Positions 59,296 to 64,000 of a DNA stretch of 64,000 bases are shown here, piece by piece; positions within the stretch are counted from its first letter, which is position 1; every line of letters starts with the position of its first letter. This stretch comes from the human T2T-CHM13v2.0 reference genome, Homo sapiens. A program made the position numbers and the translations under genes. The stretch lies in NCBI RefSeq assembly GCF_009914755.1, contig NC_060941.1, one strand, 5' to 3'. The notes beneath the pieces are model-generated. The model was not told the DNA's origin. It saw only the letters and a program-made list of their open reading frames with translations, and searched no databases.

Positions 59296-59774
59296 AAGAC
59301 AAGAAAATTGAAGATCATTTTTCACCTGTACAAGGAATACTAATGGATCGTCTTAAAATTGGTCTAGGAAAAAACCTTGGTGTGTGTTATGGACAATTAA
59401 CTGTTAAAGTTATTGTAAGTTATCTGTATTTAGCAGAGTATTTTCAACTTGAGTGATCTGAGCTGAATTTGAAGACTATTAATAAGTTATGTTTGGAAGT
59501 TTTAACTTCAATGAAGTAATTATTTGCTGTGAAAGAAACAAACATTGAATTACTAAACAAAGATGGTGCAATATCTTTGTTTTTTTTTTATGAGGCTCCT
59601 GAGAATCAACCCAACTGAAGCATTTCAATTCACTTGAATGAGAAACGTGTTTAGTATCAAAAGAGCCCAAGAAGACACTGGTGTGAAAGGTACAATCTCA
59701 GAGGTTGGTCAATTACCGTGGCACACTTTCTGGTCACTTTGTACAATGTAGATTTGAAGTACAGTGGTGAAAAC

Positions 59775-59780
59775 ATTAAA
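59775..59780 (+). terminator. Likely main poly(A) signal ATTAAA
   Basis: Two upstream TGTA (CFIm) motifs at ~59740-59750; U/GU-rich element downstream (tgtgtcatctgttttatttcagtttctttcctttg). Confidence 0.75.
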
Positions 59781-60601
59781 TGTGACATTTGAAAAAGATG
59801 TGTCATCTGTTTTATTTCAGTTTCTTTCCTTTGTTTTCTCTTCAGTACAGCTCGTATCCTGACTTTGCAAAGTTTTGAGACACTTCCTATTTATATTTCC
59901 ACTTTGATCTTTGAGGAAATTGGTTGTTTTTAAAAATCTTCTCAAAAACTTTAGATTGACAAAAACATATTGAAAATTTAGTTAAATCAATATCAAAGAT
60001 GTGATTTAAATATACACAATAGAGAAGTCTTTTTAGACCTTGGAGTCTCTAATCCAGTGGTTTTCAAACTTTTTTTTCTTTGAAGCAATATCTTGGAGTC
60101 CAATATATTAAATACATAAAAGTAGATTGCTCTGTATGAAGCAGACTGGTAAAGGGACTTGACACCTCCCTCCTCTTCACTTCTGCCTCCTGCCTCTAGC
60201 AGCCCAAAGGTACTTTCAGCTAAGGAAGAAGTCCCAGCCCAGTGGTGGTGTAATCAAGGCCTGAAACCAGACTGCCTGACTTCAAAATACTTTCCCTGAG
60301 GCTAGATAAAGCAACATTACTCTTGAGTTTGTAGGTGGCGTGTACTTCTCCCTATCTTTTTTATTTAGCAAAATGAATGGATTTTTTTTCCTGACATTGA
60401 GGCAGTTGACTATTCTAACTCATGTAAATTAATATAAATACATTTATTATTCATTCAACAAAATTTTGAATACTTACTAAGTATAAGAATTACTTGTCAA
60501 GAAGCCATATTAATATCACCAATGCTTAGATAAGGAAACCAGTTTTATCACTTACAAGAGAGCATTTTGAGTTAACACATATCATTTTGAAACTAAATTC
60601 T

Positions 60602-60967
<366 letters not shown>

Positions 60968-61492
60968 TTAGAAAACCAAGGAGATTTGTTCCTTGTTGCT
61001 TTATTTTTGGGAATTGCAAAACTGTGGAGTCAGTGTGGACAGGTAAGTTAGGGCTATAATCACCTACAATTTGTGTGCAGTTTAAGAACATGTGGAAGAT
61101 GCAGATTATCTCTTACGATGACTCATAAGGCTTAGAATTTTTGTTTTTTTTTGTCTCTCTATGGTATGTTATTTAAAATATTACTTTATATTAAAATAAG
61201 AATAGAATGCAAAATTTGAATTTTGAAATTAAGACAACTTTTAAGATATTTTCAGAAAACAAATTGAGTTTACTGTTAACAGAGCCTCACCAAAGGCAGT
61301 TCTAAAGGGGACTGACTTTACTTCAAGAAGATGACATACTTCAAGAGGAAGAAAAAGAATAACTAAAAGCAGATCTCCAAGAATGGTGAACAAAGAAATC
61401 AGTGAACACATGGGGGAAACTAAGCAAACACAGATTGCATATAATAATAATGTCTGGTTGTGGGGATGATAAATTACAGCAGCAATCTTTAA

Positions 61493-62148
<656 letters not shown>

Positions 62149-62619
62149 TAATGTGGTGCAATATACCTAAGTATAAAAACTTCCTGGGTTGCCAACTACA
62201 GGGACAATTTGAAACAGGTTTTGCTTATAGAGACCTCACCTCTTGCATCTCACCACTGTCAGGTAATCCATCAATCCTGAGAGAAAACCCCTGGAAAGTA
62301 AAGCAAAGAGGACACTAGGAAGAAATACTGGGACTGGTGGTATTTTATTTCATTCAGGCAGCAAATTCGTGGCACAGCTGTGTCTGTCTTAAAATTGAGA
62401 AGTCAGAAGGTTTTTGTGGAAACACATATAAAATGAATGTAGACCTTTCCCAATAGAAAGTAAATCGGTTTTGCCCATGTGGTTTGCCAGTTAGGACTTT
62501 CCAGTAGTTTATATGGTAGACGTTTTCCGCAATTAGAATGAGCCTGAATCTACAGCTACGAAGTTTTGGGGAAAATATATTTAAAGCAAAAGATTAAAAA
62601 TTAACCAAAAATATTGTAG

Positions 62620-63121
62620 AAATACTGGCGAGGATGTGAAGAAATTGGAATCCTTGTGCATTGCTGCTGAGAACGTGAAATGGTGCAACAGCTGTGGAAA
62701 ATGGTATGCCAGTTCCTCAAAAAAATTAGACACCAGGCACAGTGGTGTGTGCCTGTAATCCCAGCTATTTGGGAGGCTGAGGCAAGAGGATTGCCTGAGG
62801 CTGGGTGCAGTGGCTCACACCTATAATCCCAGAACTTTGGGAGGCCAAGGCATGCGGATCACCTGAGGTCAAGAGTTCGAGACCACCCTGGCCAAAATGG
62901 TGAAAACCCGTCTCTACTAAAAACACAAAAATTAGCCAGGCGTGGTGATGGGCGCCTATAGTTCCAGCTACTCAGAAGACTGCGGCAGGAGAATCACTTG
63001 AACCCAGGAGGTAGAGGTTGCAGTGATCCGAGGTGGTGCCACTGCACTCCAGCCTGGATGACAGAGTGAGACTCTGTCTCAAAAAAAAAAAAAAAAAAAC
63101 AAAACAAAACAAAAAAAAAAA
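62620..63121 (+). mobile_element. L1M fragment, Alu fragment, then full AluS (62799-63121)
   Basis: ggcgaggatgtgaagaaattggaatcc...gttcctcaaaaaaatta; Alu dimer with A tail. Confidence 0.88.
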
Positions 63122-63454
63122 CAACTAGATAACCAGGAAATATAACAGCCACTAAAAAGAAAAAAAAGTTATTGAGTTCTACTTTGTGTTCAATATCTCT
63201 GTGCTGGCCATGGAGATTATCAAAACAATAAAATGTCAAGGAGCCTATGGTTCATGGGGATGGAAATACAAAGAAATCACAACATGATTTCAGCTCTGCT
63301 CTGAGACAGGGTTGACTGCCCTGGAGTACTCAGGGGTGGCAGCTAACCCAAAGCAGGTGAAGTGGTCAGGTAAGCTTCCCCGGAGAGCTGAATTGAGGAT
63401 AAATTAGAGTTAGCCTGGCAAAGAGAGGTGATCCGATCTGTGCTTTCAGTTCTT

Positions 63455-63812
63455 TATATATTCTGAATACAGGTCTTTTGTTGAGTATGTGATTTGCAAC
63501 TATTTTCTTTCTGTCTGTAGCTGGTTTTTTCATTTTCTTAACATTGTCTTTTATAGAACAAAAGTTTTTATTTATGATGAAGTCCAGTTTATCAATCGTT
63601 TTCTTTTGTAACTCATGGTTTTGGTGTCCAGCCTAAGAACTCTGCCTAAACTGAGGTCATGAAGATTTTCTCCTACTTTTCTCTAAAAGTTTTATCATTT
63701 TACATTTCTTTTAGATATATGATCCATTTTGAGCTAATTTTTGTATAAGTTGTGATGTTTAGGTTGAAGTTCTCTTTTTGTATATGAATGTCCACTATTC
63801 AGACACCATTGT
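63455..63812 (-). mobile_element. L1M ORF2 fragment
   Basis: gatccattttgagctaatttttgtataag...caccattgttg. Confidence 0.8.
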
Positions 63813-63895
63813 TGGCTCTAGGAATCTATACATGTGTTAAAACTCATAAAGCTGTACACCAACGAAAGAGTCAATTTTACTTTATGTTACTTTAT

Positions 63896-64000
63896 TATTA
63901 TTAATTTTTTGTTTTGAGAGGGAGTCTCGTTCTATCACCCAGGCTGGAGTGTAGTGGCGCGATCTCAGCTCACTGCAACCTTCGCATCCCTGGTTCAAGC
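63896..64000 (-). mobile_element. Alu, cut by the window end
   Basis: ttttgagagggagtctcg...ggttcaagc. Confidence 0.9.

Larger units (their letters stand above)
58048..59797 (+). other. NLK: NLK 3'UTR (3' end approximate)
   Basis: Follows the stop codon; free of recognisable interspersed repeats; AU-rich; many miRNA seed matches; ends after ATTAAA. Confidence 0.85.

Overview
Primate (very likely human) genomic DNA covering the 3' part of NLK (Nemo-like kinase, an atypical MAPK) on the + strand. Eight coding exons (by my numbering exons 4-11; 24572-58047) splice with AG acceptors and GT donors into one open frame ([13 protein letters not shown]...HRDIKPGN...DFGLAR...TQE...APE...SPLVWE*). They are followed by a ~1.75 kb 3'UTR ending at an ATTAAA signal near 59775 and ~4 kb of downstream flank. 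The first 24.5 kb is the 3' part of one long intron. Its 3' end carries a perfect U12 (minor-spliceosome) branch site and no pyrimidine tract. The introns hold about 40 Alu copies or fragments plus L1, L2, MIR, MaLR/ERV LTRs and Tigger fossils. Nearly all ORFs in the supplied track are Alu/L1-derived or spurious. I found no prokaryotic-type system, CRISPR array or new protein-coding gene. The best leads are the minor-intron signature, a palindromic minisatellite before exon 7, inverted Alus bracketing the activation-loop exon, an LTR-derived intronic poly(A) signal, and a compact regulatory module in the 3'UTR. Repeat subfamily calls and boundaries are by eye and approximate.
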